Positions 26,207 through 41,379 of a stretch of 64,000 bases of DNA are shown in pieces. Both the position numbers and the translations under genes were made by a program. Source of the stretch: Eledone cirrhosa. Lineage: Eukaryota. Below the pieces are notes generated by a model. The model was not told the origin of the DNA. It saw only the letters and a program-made list of their open reading frames with translations, and made no database searches. The stretch covers positions 3,596,001-3,660,000 of the forward strand of contig OZ024747.1 in assembly GCA_964016885.1 (NCBI GenBank), read 5' to 3'. Every line of letters starts with the position of its first letter. Position 1 is the first letter of the stretch.

Positions 26207-26590
26207 TCAGAGTTGCTGAAGCATGGAACAAACTACCTGCATCAGTTGGTACCTGTCAGGACACTGCACCCTTGAAAACCTCCATGCTTCCTGAAATTCG
26301 CCAAGCACTACGCCTGATATCCCGCCTCCATACACGCGCACACTCAAGTGTGTGTATATCATAATTCATACACTGTTCACTTTCCTGACATTTGTACATT
26401 ATTCTATTTATCCCGCCAAGGTTAACTTTGCCTTTCATCCTTACGGGGTCGATAAAATAAAGTACCAGTAATACACTGGGATAATTGCTGGCCTTGTGCC
26501 AAAAATAGAAACAATTATTCTATGTACAATATATGCACCTTTAATGAGTTATAGTGCACCTGAGCACTGTCCACAATAATTTCATTATTA
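26207..26590 (+). mobile_element. CR1 LINE 3' end interrupted by a 5'-truncated SINE A (26410-26514)
   Basis: CAGAGTTGCTGAAGCATGGAACAAACT matches 56677 onward. ATTATTCTAT flanks the SINE on both sides. Confidence 0.85.
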
Positions 26591-26646
26591 CATATATATA
26601 TTGCTGGCCTTGTGCCAAAAGTAGAAACAATTATTACATATATATT

Positions 26647-26884
26647 TATATAAATATAAAGAAACTGCTGAAGCATATAAATGCTATAAAAATAACTTAC
26701 AAAGTAGAGTGAAGACCCTTAAAAGATGGAAAAAGAAGTTTCTGGTATCTGGAATATATGGGGTTCAATTCCTCATAGAGGCTAATGGCAACTCCTTTTT
26801 CCGTCTTTTAAGGGTCTTCACTCTATTTTATAAGCTATCTTTATAGCATTTCTGCATTTGAGCACTTTCTTTATATTTATATAT
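26647..26884. repeat. Diverged palindrome (about 85-bp arms, about 60-bp spacer) between (TA)n runs
   Basis: TAGAGTGAAGACCCTTAAAAGATGGAAAAAG pairs with CTTTTTCCGTCTTTTAAGGGTCTTCACTCTA. Confidence 0.85.
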
Positions 26885-27078
26885 ATATACATATAGAGGG
26901 ATAATTTACCCCAGAAGTGGACTGGTACTTTTTTAGTGCCTACGAAAAGATGAAAGACAAAGTTAATCTCACCAAGATTTGAACTCAGAGAGGAGAGAGT
27001 CAGAACGATTACAACAAAGCCTTCTATCTGACATTCTAAGACTTTGCCAATTCTATTTCTCCTTTATTATTCTACAGA

Positions 27079-27159
27079 CTGTTTACTTCACAATATTGTC
27101 AACACTACTGGCCTCTCTGAGAAGCCAGTAGTGTTGACAATATTGTGAAGTAAACAGTA
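27079..27159. repeat. Near-perfect hairpin
   Basis: ACTGTTTACTTCACAATATTGTCAACACTACTGGC ... GCCAGTAGTGTTGACAATATTGTGAAGTAAACAGT. Confidence 0.9.
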
Positions 27160-27870
27160 CTATAGCCTTCGGTTAACCAATGCATTCTCAGTGTATTTTT
27201 GGTAAATGGAAACTGTGCAGTAGATTGCTGTATAACAAGTAACACCATTCTGTCTACCTTTTACTTGTTTTCATCTCTTTTCTTATTCTCATTTTTCTTT
27301 CTATTTTTTCTTCTCTTTCTCATTCTATCTTCCAGTGAAGGACAAGTGTCTGAAACATGTAGACTCCTTTACAACTAAATCCAGCATTAAACTTATATAC
27401 CATCATTGTACTGTGTTGTTCTCTTATGTTATTTTACTTTAATCACTTTTCTCATATATATATATATATATATCTCATCCCCATCATCATCATTTTTACG
27501 TCCATTGTTCCACACTTGCATGGGTTGGACAGGTCCTTCTCAGCACAGCATCTCTTCACTTGTGTTCCTGTGTCATCTCCTCTGCCAGTCTTAGGGACTT
27601 GAGGTCAACTCTCACAACCTCTGCCCAGGTCTATCATGATCTTCTACTGCAGCTTCCTTCCACTGGGATTTCCTTACATTTCTCCACCCAGCAATCATTG
27701 TCCATGTGCATCACATGGACACACTAATGCAGTCTTCTCTCCTGCTCACTATCTCACATTAAACCCAACTCCTCCCTCACCTCATTCATGCTCTCACTCT
27801 CTCTCACACATTGCACATCCATTGAAGCATGGTTGCTTCATTTCTCTCCAGTCTAAAAATATAAATTTAT

Positions 27871-28070
27871 NNNNNNNNNNNNNNNNNNNNNNNNNNNNNN
27901 NNNNNNNNNNNNNNNNNNNNNNNNNNNNNNNNNNNNNNNNNNNNNNNNNNNNNNNNNNNNNNNNNNNNNNNNNNNNNNNNNNNNNNNNNNNNNNNNNNNN
28001 NNNNNNNNNNNNNNNNNNNNNNNNNNNNNNNNNNNNNNNNNNNNNNNNNNNNNNNNNNNNNNNNNNNNNN
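27871..28070. other. Assembly gap (200 N)
   Basis: Run of N. Confidence 1.
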
Positions 28071-31000
28071 CCACCAACAACAACAGACCAACAACAACAA
28101 CAGCAGTAATACCACCACCAACAACAACAGCAGTAATACCACCACCAACAACAACAGCAGTAATACCACCACCAACAACAACAACAGCAGTAATACCACC
28201 ACCACAACAACAACAACAGTAATACCACCACCACCAACAACAAGCAGTAATACCACCACCACCAACAACAAGCAGTAATACCACCACCACAACAACCAAC
28301 AGCAGTAATACCACCACCAACAACAACAGCAGTAATACCACCACCAACAACAACAGCAGTAATACCACCACCAACAACAACAGCAGTAATACCACCACCA
28401 CCAACAACAGCAGTAATACCACCACCACCAACAACAGCAGTAATACCACCACCAACAACAACAGCAGTAATACCACCACCACCAACAACAACAGCAGTAA
28501 TACCACCACCAACAACAACAACAGTAATACCACCACCACCAACAACAACAGCAGTAATACCACCACCAACAACAACAGCAGTAATACCACCAACCACCCA
28601 ACAACAACAGCAGTAATACCACCACCACAACAACAACAGCAGTAATACCACCACCAACAACAACAGCAGTAATACCACCACCACCAACAACAGCAGTAAT
28701 ACCACCACCAACAACAACAACAACAGTAATACCACCACCACAACAACAACAGCAGTAATACCACCACCACCAACAACAACAGCAGTAATACCACCACCAA
28801 CAACAACAGCAGTAATACCACCACCACCACAACAACAGCAGTAATACCACCACCACCAACAACAACAGCAGTAATACCACCACCAACAACAACAACAGTA
28901 ATACCACCACCAACAACAACAGCAGTAATACCACCACCAACAACAACAACAGTAATACCACCACCACCAACAACAACAGCAGTAATACCACCACCACCAA
29001 CAACAACAACAGTAATACCACCACCAACAACAACAGCAGTAATACCACCACCAACAACAACAACAACAGTAATACCACCACCAACAACAACAGCAGTAAT
29101 ACCACCACCAACAACAACAGCAGTAATACCACCACCACCAACAACAACAGCAGTAATACCACCACCACCAACAACAACAGCAGTAATACCACCACCAACA
29201 ACAACAGCAGTAATACCACCACCACCAACAACAACAGCAGTAATACCACCACCACCAACAACAACAGCAGTAATACCACCACCACCACAACAACAGCAGT
29301 AATACCACCACCAACAACAACAACAGTAATACCACCACCACCAACAACAGCAGTAATACCACCACCACCAACAACAACAGCAGTAATACCACCACCACCA
29401 CAACAACAGCAGTAATACCACCACCACCACAACAACAGCAGTAATACCACCACCACCAACAACAACAGCAGTAATACCACCACCACCAACAACAACAGCA
29501 GTAATACCACCACCACCAACAACAACAGCAGTAATACCACCAACAACAACAACAGCAGTAATACCACCACCACCAACAACAACAGCAGTAATACCACCAC
29601 CACCAACAACAACAGCAGTAATACCACCACCACCACCAACAACAGCAGTAATACCACCACCAACAACAACAGCAGTAATACCACCACCACCAACAACAGC
29701 AGTAATACCACCACCACCAACAACAACAGCAGTAATACCACCACCACCAACAACAACAGCAGTAATACCACCACCACCAACAACAACAACAGTAATACCA
29801 CCACCAACAACAACAACAACAGTAATACCACCACCACCAACAACAGCAGTAATACCACCACCACCAACAACAACAGCAGTAATACCACCACCAACAACAA
29901 CAGCAGTAATACCACCACCACAACAACAGCAGTAATACACACCACCAACAACAACAGCAGTAATACCACCACCACCAACAACAACAGCAGTAATACCACC
30001 ACCACCAACAACAACAGCAGTAATACCACCACCACCAACAACAACAACAGTAATACCACCACCAACAACAACAGCAGTAATACCACCACCACCAACAACA
30101 ACAACAGTAATACCACCACCAACAACAACAGCAGTAATACCACCACCACCAACAACAACAGCAGTAATACCACCACACCAACAACAACAACAGTAATACC
30201 ACCACCAACAACAACAGCAGTAATACCACCACCACCACAACAACAGCAGTAATACCACCACCAACAACAACAGCAGTAATACCACCACCAACAACAACAG
30301 CAGTAATACCACCACCAACAACAACAGCAGTAATACCACCACCACCAACAACAACAGCAGTAATACCACCACCACCAACAACAACAGTAATACCACCACC
30401 AACAACAACAGCAGTAATACCACCACCACCAACAACAACAGCAGTAATACCACCACCAACAACAACAACAGTATACCACCACCACCAACAACAACAGCAG
30501 TAATACCACCACCAACAACAACAACAGTAATACCACCACCACCAACAACAACAGCAGTAATACCACCACCAACAACAACAACAGTAATACCACCACCACC
30601 ACAACAACAGCAGTAATACCACCACCAACAACAACAACAGTAATACCACCACCACCAACAACAACAGCAGTAATACCACCACCACCACAACAACAGCAGT
30701 AATACCACCACCACCAACAACAACAACAACAGTAATACCACCACCAACAACAACAGCAGTAATACCACCACCAACAACAACAGCAGTAATACCACCACCA
30801 CCACAACAGCAGTAATACCACCACCACCAACAACAGCAGTAATACCACCACCACCAACAACAGCAGTAATACCACCACCACCAACAACAGCAGTAATACC
30901 ACCACCAACAACAACAGCAGTAATACCACCACCACCAACAACAACAGTAATACCACCACCAACAACAACAGCAGTAATACCACCACCAACAACAACAACA

Positions 31001-34000
31001 GTAATACCACCACCAACAACAACAGCAGTAATACCACCAACAACAACAACAACAGCAGTAATACCACCACCACCAACAACAGCAGTAATACCACCACCAC
31101 CAACAACACAACAGTAATACCACCACCACCACCAACAACAGCAGTAATACCACCACCAACAACAACAGCAGTAATACCACCACCACCAACAACAGCAGTA
31201 ATACCACCACCAACAACAACAGCAGTAATACCACCAACAACAACAACAGCAGTAATACCACCACCACCAACAACAACAACAGTAATACCACCACCACCAA
31301 CAACAACAACAGTAATACCACCACCAACAACAACAACAGTAATACCACCACCACCAACAACAACAACAGTAATACCACCACCACCAACAACAACAACAGT
31401 AATACCACCACCAACAACAACAGCAGTAATACCACCACCACCAACAACAGCAGTAATACCACCACCACCAACAACAGCAGTAATACCACCACCACCAACA
31501 ACAACAGCAGTAATACCACCACCAACAACAACAACAGTAATACCACCACCAACAACAACAGCAGTAATACCACCACCACCAACAACAGCAGTAATACCAC
31601 CACCACCAACAACAACAGCAGTAATACCACCACCAACAACAACAGCAGTAATACCACCACCAACAACAACAGCAGTAATACCACCACCACCAACAACAGC
31701 AGTAATACCACCACCACCAACAACAACAGCAGTAATACCACCACCAACAACAACAACAGTAATACCACCACCAACAACAACAGCAGTAATACCACCACCA
31801 ACAACAACAACAGTAATACCACCACCAACAACAACAGCAGTAATACCACCACCAACAACAACAGCAGTAATACCACCACCAACAACAACAGCAGTAATAC
31901 CACCACCACCAACAACAGCAGTAATACCACCACCACCAACAACAGCAGTAATACCACCACCACCAACAACAACAGCAGTAATACCACCACCAACAACAAC
32001 AGCAGTAATACCACCACCAACAACAACAACAGTAATACCACCACCAACAACAACAGCAGTAATACCACCACCAACAACAACAGCAGTAATACCACCACCA
32101 ACAACAACAACAGTAATACCACCACCAACAACAACAGCAGTAATACCACCACCAACAACAACAACAGTAATACCACCACCAACAACAACAGCAGTAATAC
32201 CACCACCAACAACAACAACAACAGTAATACCACCACCACCAACAACAGCAGTAATACCACCACCACCAACAACAGCAGTAATACCACCACCACCAACAAC
32301 AGCAGTAATACCACCAACAACAACAACAGCAGTAATACCACCACCACCAACAACAGCAGTAATACCACCACCACCAACAACAGCAGTAATACCACCACAT
32401 ACCACCACCAACAACAACAGCAAGTAATACCACCACCACCAACAACAACAACAGCAGTAATACCACCACCACACAACAACAACAGTAATACCCACCACCA
32501 ACAACAAACAGCAGTAATACACACCACCAACAACAACAGCAGTAATACCACCACCACACAACAACAGCAGTAATACCACCACCAACAACAACAACAGCAG
32601 TAATACCACCACCAACACAGCCGTAATACCACCACCAACAACAACAGCAGTAATACCACCACCACAACAACAACAGCAGTAATACCACCACCAACAACAA
32701 CAGCAGTAATACCACCACCAACAACAACAGCAGTAATACCACCACCAACAACAACAGCAGTAATACCACCCACCAACAACAACAGCAGTAATACCACCAC
32801 CACCAACAACAGCAGTAATACCACCACCAACAACAACAAGCAGTAATACCACCACCAACAACAACAGCAGTAATACCACCACCACCAACAACAGCAGTAA
32901 TACCACCACCAACACACACAGTAATACCACCACCAACAACAACAGCAGTAATACCACCACCACCACAACAACAGCAGTAATACCACCACCAACAACAACA
33001 GCAGTAATACCACCACCACCAACAACAGCAGTAATACCACCACCAACAACAACAGCAGTAATACCACCACCAACAACAACAGCAGTAATACCACCACCAA
33101 CAACAACAGCAGTAATACCACCACCAACAACAACAGCAGTAATACCACCACCAACAACAACAGCAGTAATACCACCACCAACAACAACAACAGTAATACC
33201 ACCACCAACAACAACAGCAGTAATACCACCACCAACAACAACAACAGTAATACCACCACCAACAACAACAGCAGTAATACCACCACCAACAACAACAGCA
33301 GTAATACCACCACCAACAACAACAGCAGTAATACCACCACCACCAACAACAACAGCAGTAATACCACCACCACCAACAACAACAGCAGTAATACCACCAC
33401 CAACAACAACAGCAGTAATACCACCACCAACAACAACAGCAGTAATACCACCACCAACAACAACAGCAGTAATACCACCACCAACAACAACAGCAGTAAT
33501 ACCACCACCAACAACAACAGCAGTAATACCACCACCAACAACAACAGCAGTAATACCACCACCAACAACAACAGCAGTAATACCACCACCACCAACAACA
33601 GCAGTAATACCACCACCAACAACAACAGCAGTAATACCACCACCAACAACAACAGCAGTAATACCACCACCACCAACAACAGCAGTAATACCACCACCAC
33701 CAACAACACAGCAGTAATACCACCACCAACAACAACAGCAGTAATACCACCACCACCAACAACAGCAGTAATACCACCACCACCAACAACAGCAGTAATA
33801 CCACCACCACCAACAACAGCAGTAATACCACCACCACCAACAACAACAGTAATACCACCACCACCAACAACAGCAGTAATACCACCACCACCAACAACAG
33901 CAGTAATACCACCACCACCAACAACAGCAGTAATACCACCACCAACAACAACAACAGTAATACCACCACCACCAACAACAGCAGTAATACCACCACCAAC

Positions 34001-37000
34001 AACAACAGCAGTAATACCACCACCACCAACAACAGCAGTAATACCACCACCACCAACAACAACAGCAGTAATACCACCACCAACAACAACAGCAGTAATA
34101 CCACCACCACCAACAACAGCAGTAATACCACCACCACCAACAACAGCAGTAATACCACCACCAACAACAACAGCAGTAATACCACCACCAACAACAACAA
34201 CAGTAATACCACCACCAACAACAACAGCAGTAATACCACCACCAACAACAACAGCAGTAATACCACCACCACCAACAACAACAGCAGTAATACCACCAAC
34301 AACAACAACAACAGTAATACCACCACCACCAACAACAGCAGTAATACCACCACCACCAACAACAGCAGTAATACCACCACCACCAACAACAGCAGTAATA
34401 CCACCACCACCAACAACAACAGCAGTAATACCACCACCACCAACAACAGCAGTAATACCACCACCACCAACAACAGCAGTAATACCACCACCAACAACAA
34501 CAGCAGTAATACCACCACCAACAACAACAACAGTAATACCACCACCAACAACAACAGCAGTAATACCACCAACAACAACAACAGCAGTAATACCACCACC
34601 ACCAACAACAGCAGTAATACCACCACCACCAACAACAGCAGTAATACCACCACCAACAACAACAGCAGTAATACCACCACCACCAACAACAGCAGTAATA
34701 CCACCACCAACAACAACAACAGTAATACCACCACCACCAACAACAGCAGTAATACCACCACCACCAACAACAACAGCAGTAATACCACCACCACCAACAA
34801 CAACAGCAGTAATACCACCACCACCAACAACAGCAGTAATACCACCACCACCAACAACAGCAGTAATACCACCACCACCAACAACAACAGCAGTAATACC
34901 ACCACCACCAACAACAGCAGTAATACCACCACCACCAACAACAACAGCAGTAATACCACCACCAACAACAACAGCAGTAATACCACCACCACCAACAACA
35001 ACAGCAGTAATACCACCACCACCAACAACAGCAGTAATACCACCACCACCAACAACAGCAGTAATACCACCACCAACAACAACAGCAGTAATACCACCAC
35101 CACCAACAACAGCAGTAATACCACCACCAACAACAACAACAGTAATACCACCACCACCAACAACAGCAGTAATACCACCACCAACAACAACAACAGTAAT
35201 ACCACCACCACCAACAACAGCAGTAATACCACCACCAACAACAACAGCAGTAATACCACCACCACCAACAACAGCAGTAATACCACCACCACCAACAACA
35301 GCAGTAATACCACCACCAACAACAACAGCAGTAATACCACCACCACCAACAACAGCAGTAATACCACCACCAACAACAACAACAGTAATACCACCACCAA
35401 CAACAACAGCAGTAATACCACCACCACCAACAACAACAGCAGTAATACCACCACCAACAACAACAGCAGTAATACCACCACCAACAACAACAGCAGTAAT
35501 ACCACCACCACCAACAACAGCAGTAATACCACCAACAACAACAACAACAGTAATACCACCACCAACAACAACAGCAGTAATACCACCACCACCAACAACA
35601 GCAGTAATACCACCAACAACAACAACAGCAGTAATACCACCACCACCAACAACAGCAGTAATACCACCACCACCAACAACAGCAGTAATACCACCACCAC
35701 CAACAACAGCAGTAATACCACCACCACCAACAACAACAACAGTAATACCACCACCACCAACAACAGCAGTAATACCACCACCACCAACAACAGCAGTAAT
35801 ACCACCACCACCAACAACAACAACAGTAATACCACCACCACCAACAACAGCAGTAATACCACCACCACCAACAACAGCAGTAATACCACCACCACCAACA
35901 ACAGCAGTAATACCACCACCACCAACAACAGCAGTAATACCACCACCACCAACAACAGCAGTAATACCACCACCACCAACAACAGCAGTAATACCACCAC
36001 CAACAACAACAGCAGTAATACCACCACCACCAACAACAACAGCAGTAATACCACCACCAACAACAACAGCAGTAATACCACCACCACCAACAACAACAGC
36101 AGTAATACCACCACCAACAACAACAACAGCAGTAATACCACCACCAACAACAACAGCAGTAATACCACCACCACCAACAACAACAGCAGTAATACCACCA
36201 CCAACAACAACAACAGCAGTAATACCACCACCAACAACAACAGCAGTAATACCACCACCACCAACAACAACAGCAGTAATACCACCACCACCAACAACAA
36301 CAGCAGTAATACCACCACCAACAACAACAGCAGTAATACCACCACCACCAACAACAGCAGTAATACCACCACCAACAACAACAGCAGTAATACCACCACC
36401 AACAACAACAGCAGTAATACCACCACCAACAACAACAGCAGTAATACCACCACCAACAACAACAGCAGTAATACCACCACCAACAACAACAACAGTAATA
36501 CCACCACCAACAACAACAGCAGTAATACCACCAACAACAACAACAGCAGTAATACCACCAACAACAACAGCAGTAATACCACCACCAACAACAACAACAG
36601 TAATACCACCACCAACAACAACAGCAGTAATACCACCACCACCACCAACAACAGCAGTAATACCACCACCACCAACAACAGCAGTAATACCACCAACAAC
36701 AACAACAGCAGTAATACCACCACCAACAACAACAGCAGTAATACCACCACCACCAACAACAGCAGTAATACCACCACCACCAACAACAACAACAACAGTA
36801 ATACCACCACCAACAACAACAGCAGTAATACCACCACCAACAACAACAGCAGTAATACCACCACCACCACCAACAACAGCAGTAATACCACCACCACCAA
36901 CAACAACAACAACAGTAATACCACCACCAACAACAACAGCAGTAATACCACCACCACCAACAACAGCAGTAATACCACCACCAACAACAACAACAGTAAT

Positions 37001-37247
37001 ACCACCACCAACAACAACAGCAGTAATACCACCACCAACAACAACAGCAGTAATACCACCACCAACAACAACAGCAGTAATACCACCACCAACAACAACA
37101 GCAGTAATACCACCACCACCACCAACAACAGCAGTAATACCACCACCACCAACAACAACAACAACAGTAATACCACCACCAACAACAACAGCAGTAATAC
37201 CACCACCAACAACAATAGCAGTAATACCACCACCAACAACAACAACA
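28071..37247. repeat. 9.2-kb compound satellite, unit (ACC)2-5(AAC)2-5[AGC]AGTAAT, mostly 27-30 bp
   Basis: Hundreds of tandem units running into the gap. The minus strand has no stop codon in any frame, which produces the 3000-aa ORFs. Confidence 0.97.
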
Positions 37248-37248
37248 T

Positions 37249-37279
<31 letters not shown>

Positions 37280-37380
37280 CATATATAATTATTCTATGTA
37301 CTATACATGCACATTTGACGAGTTGTAGTGCACCTGAGCACTGTACACAATAATTTCATTATTATTATATATATATATAT

Positions 37381-38730
37381 ATACAATGAAATTAAATAAA
37401 TGGAAACTATATAGAGAAAATTATATATTATTTTGTGTGAGATTAATTTCAATTATATATTATTTTAGTCGAAAGATGTGTGAAAGTTTGAAGATCAAAA
37501 GAAGAGGAAAAAGTAATGTGCATTTCGAAGAACTATCGTAAAGAGGATAAACTTTCAGAATGTCAATTAAAGATTATCAGTGTACATCTAAAAAAATATA
37601 TTTAGAGGGGTATCATTAGGAATATAATGTCAAAAGGTAAAAATGGTTAAAAAAATATATTAAAAAATTAATGTCAAATGGTAAAAATAGTAGAAATATT
37701 TAAAAAATTAAGAAGGAAGATCACTTAAAAAAATTTAAATTTATATTTTTAAAGAAAATAGGATCATTTTAAAGGTGTACAAGATATAGTCAAGTGTAAT
37801 GAATATCATAAATTAAAAATACTTCTGAAAGTGGAATTATGTCGATGTCTGCAACTAGAAAATAATTCTGTTTTAAGATTAATAGAGGTTTGACAGTTAA
37901 TTATATAAAAGTTTTCTCGATACACAAGTTATAGAATCTTGAGAAAGCCATATTTTGGTATGCAGGTGCTTTCGAAATTAACAATATTCTGAAAATATTT
38001 TCAATGCTGTAACAAAATATTTGAATCTACAAATTGTTCTCCTCTTACAACTTGAACTATGTATTTTTTTATGTAAAATGCAGAATCAACATCCTTCGTA
38101 ACTCATATTAGAAATGTAAACAATTAATAATTGTAAATTATTTCTATTTCTATAATACTTATACATGCACAGTTATTAATCTATATAGATATGTATATAC
38201 TTATAATCTATTATAATGTAATAAGATAAAATCTACTTACAACCATAATTCTTCATATAATCTAATTGATTATATATACAATATTATAACTCATAATATA
38301 GCTAAATAAATTTAAATTCTGGAATCATATTCCAGCATTCCCCCAAATTGTTAATTCCTTTTAAATTAACGTAAATACAAGCTCTTCTTACTTTTCTTTT
38401 TTCTTCTTCCTGCTCATACATACATATATCCTAATTATTTAAATTCTGCATAGCGTCTAAAATAACGTTTTTTCAGCCCTATACCTCAACCTCATTTGCA
38501 TACTCATCTTAATAATTTGAAATATCTGACTTTTCTTCTCTTTTCCTTCACTATCCAAGAAAAACTTGAACCGTTAAGGTATCTTTTCTTGGCTATGTCA
38601 ATATTTATAAAACACACTTTGTATTTTATCTGATGAAAGCATACCAAAGTTTTGGTACCCTTTAAATATATATAATAGAATAAATATGGTTTTATAAATA
38701 TAGTTTCCATTTATTTAATATCATTGTATA
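37381..38730. mobile_element. AT-rich 1.35-kb segment with inverted termini; the right end is a hammerhead-bearing element homologous to 47021-47140
   Basis: ATACAATGAAATTAAATAAATGGAAACTATAT at 37381 versus ATATAGTTTCCATTTATTTAATATCATTGTAT ending at about 38730. No recognisable ORF. Confidence 0.55.
38622..38682 (+). ncRNA. Degenerate type I hammerhead motif (GAAA>TAAA)
   Basis: TATTTTAT-CTGATGA-aagcaTACCAAAgtTTTGGTAccctt-TAAA-TATATA-TA^ATAGAATA. Confidence 0.65.
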
Positions 38731-40013
38731 TTATACTCCAGAAAATCTGTAGAGTGCTCTGAATCAGTTATAAACATTTATATTTGTTGAATTACCAACA
38801 AATTGAATATCCCTTCTGCTTATATATATATATACATAGAAATAGTTTTATATATATATATATGAATGTATGGATGAGTATATATGTACACACATACAGA
38901 GAGAGAGGGAGAGAGAGTGTGTGTGTGTGTCTGTGTGTGTCTGTGTGTGTGTGTGTGTGTGCACACGTGCTTTATACTTTAATCTTGTAATCTTACCATT
39001 CCATAGTTCTTTGACATTATTAAATTACTGCAGCCAGGTCCATGATAATTCTGATTAGTTTGGAATGGAATTACTTCCACCACGCGCTCCCTTTCCTCAA
39101 CCCCCTTTTTATATACAACTTCATATTTATTATGGATTATAGATGGGGGGGGGGGGGCTCCTGCCACCCTCTCTCTCTCACTATATAATTATGTGTGTGT
39201 ATATATATATATACATACATATATATATATATACATACACACATATATATATACATATATATATATATGTATATGTATATATATATAGGTATATATATAT
39301 ATATGTGTATGTATATATATATGTGTGTGTATATATATACATACATATATATATATATACATACACACATATATATACATATATATATATATGTATATGT
39401 ATATGTATATATATATATATGTATATATATATATGTGTATGTATGTATATATATATATTACATGGGATGTGTGTTGTGTTCTTGATAAAACACTTCATTT
39501 CACATTGCTCCAGTATACTCAGCTGAAAATGAGTACCAGCAATAGCTGGGGGTTTAATCATGTGATGGACTGGTGTCCTGTCCGGGGGGGGGGGGGGCTT
39601 GAACTCTTAGTCATTTAATGTCATGGTAACTGGGATAAAGGTTGGGCTTGATGACCCTCTTGGCTCGGGACAGACTTGTGCATGGATATACAGACATTAT
39701 CATTATCCTCATCATTTAATGTCTAACTTCCTTACTAACAAAAATTGTACAGGCCTTCCCAGACCGTGACAGTACTTAAGTGAATCTGCTGACCCCTTAC
39801 ATATATATATGTATATATATATGTATATAAAACGTGGGGAGGGTCATATTGTTATAATAATATTGCCAGAAATAATAACAGAATACACTCACTGTTTGGC
39901 TGGTTTTTGCTTCTGTATCTTTTATATCTCCACAGTTAATTTATTTGGCAATCAATGTTTATAATTGATTGACCAACGGTTAAAAACACAGATATAAATA
40001 TATATATATATAG

Positions 40014-40060
40014 TCTATCAAAGTTCTTTTGTTGCACATCAGTAACATCATCAGTGGTAC
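40014..40060 (-). ncRNA. Degenerate hammerhead-like motif
   Basis: TACCA-CTGATGA-tGTTactgatgtgcAAC-AAAA-GAAC-TT^TGATA. Core G>A change and a stem I mismatch. Confidence 0.4.
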
Positions 40061-41379
40061 TATTATGTTCCCTCCTATTGTATTGTAATGCCTACATCAT
40101 TTTTATTTTATTTATTTATTTATTTAATGTTTATTGTATATAAAACTATTTCTATATATATATATATGATTCAGTGACACTATAAGGTGTGAGTGATTGT
40201 GCCACAACAAAAAGCAACCAGTGCACTCTGTAAGGTGGTAGTGCTGAGTCACTATAAAATGCTCCCGGAACATGCAGTAAAATGGCTGGCATTAAGAAAA
40301 GCACCCAACCATAGAAACTAAGCTAAAAACAGAAGATGATGAGCAAGACATAGTCATATGAATAGTCTAGCCATTGTATATGATAATCCAGCTAACCCAT
40401 GGAAACTAGACATTAAATAGTGATGATGGTGATGGTGATAATGATGGTGATGGTGAGAGATGAAGAGTTTGGTTTATTTCTCACATTATCAGCAGTATCT
40501 TTGTTTGATGACCAGCCACTCAAAAAAGAAAAAAAAAACAAAAAAAACAGACCTATTTTAATTGCATTTTCAAAATTTATCTGCACTACAAAATGGAATT
40601 ATAAATTTATTAAGAAAATTCAGTGTGAAACAACAGCAGCAACAATAACAACAATGACATTAATAATAATAACAATAATAATAATAATAGTAACAACAAC
40701 AACAACAATGGTAGTAGTAGTCGTAGTAGTAATAATAACAATGGTGATAATAATAATAACAATAACAATCCAATCCCAACCAACATTGAACTTATAATTG
40801 CATCATTGATATGGTATTCAGAAAACAAAGCAAGAAAGCACTCAAGATGGTGAAATATCTGATTTAATTTCAAGAACTGTGATTCAATCTTGGCACCAAA
40901 TTTCATTTTCTTAAAGCTATTTTATTATCTCCTTCCATATAGTCATTAAATTGAAGAGTTTTGGAATCTATTGTTGAAATCGAAGAAAAAAAAAACATCC
41001 AAAAACAAAAAAGAAAGCCTCCTTCACTTCATCCTCTCTTCTCTTCACTCCCCCCCCCCACACCCACACATACATTCCTTATCCATATAGTTGTAATAAT
41101 AAAATGTTACTTGTTCTATCACCTCACCATCCACCACTACTATCAACATTTATGAAAAAAACAATAAATAAAAAAAAAAACAATAATAATAATAATAAAA
41201 TAAATATAAATATATTTTATAAAAATACTGTAATTTGAAACAAGTTGCTTTACATTCTTCAACTTAAATATTTAGCATACAAAAATATTTATTTATTTAT
41301 GGACTTATTATTATTATTTTATTTTTTAATGTTTATTTTTTAGTCTTCTTTATAAACCTTTCTCTCACACAAAAATCTC

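Noticed and set aside
27794-37282. 3162-, 3131- and 1699-aa ORFs
   Set aside because: The satellite strand lacks stop codons in all frames, the ORFs run through an N gap, switch register repeatedly and show no synonymous variation.
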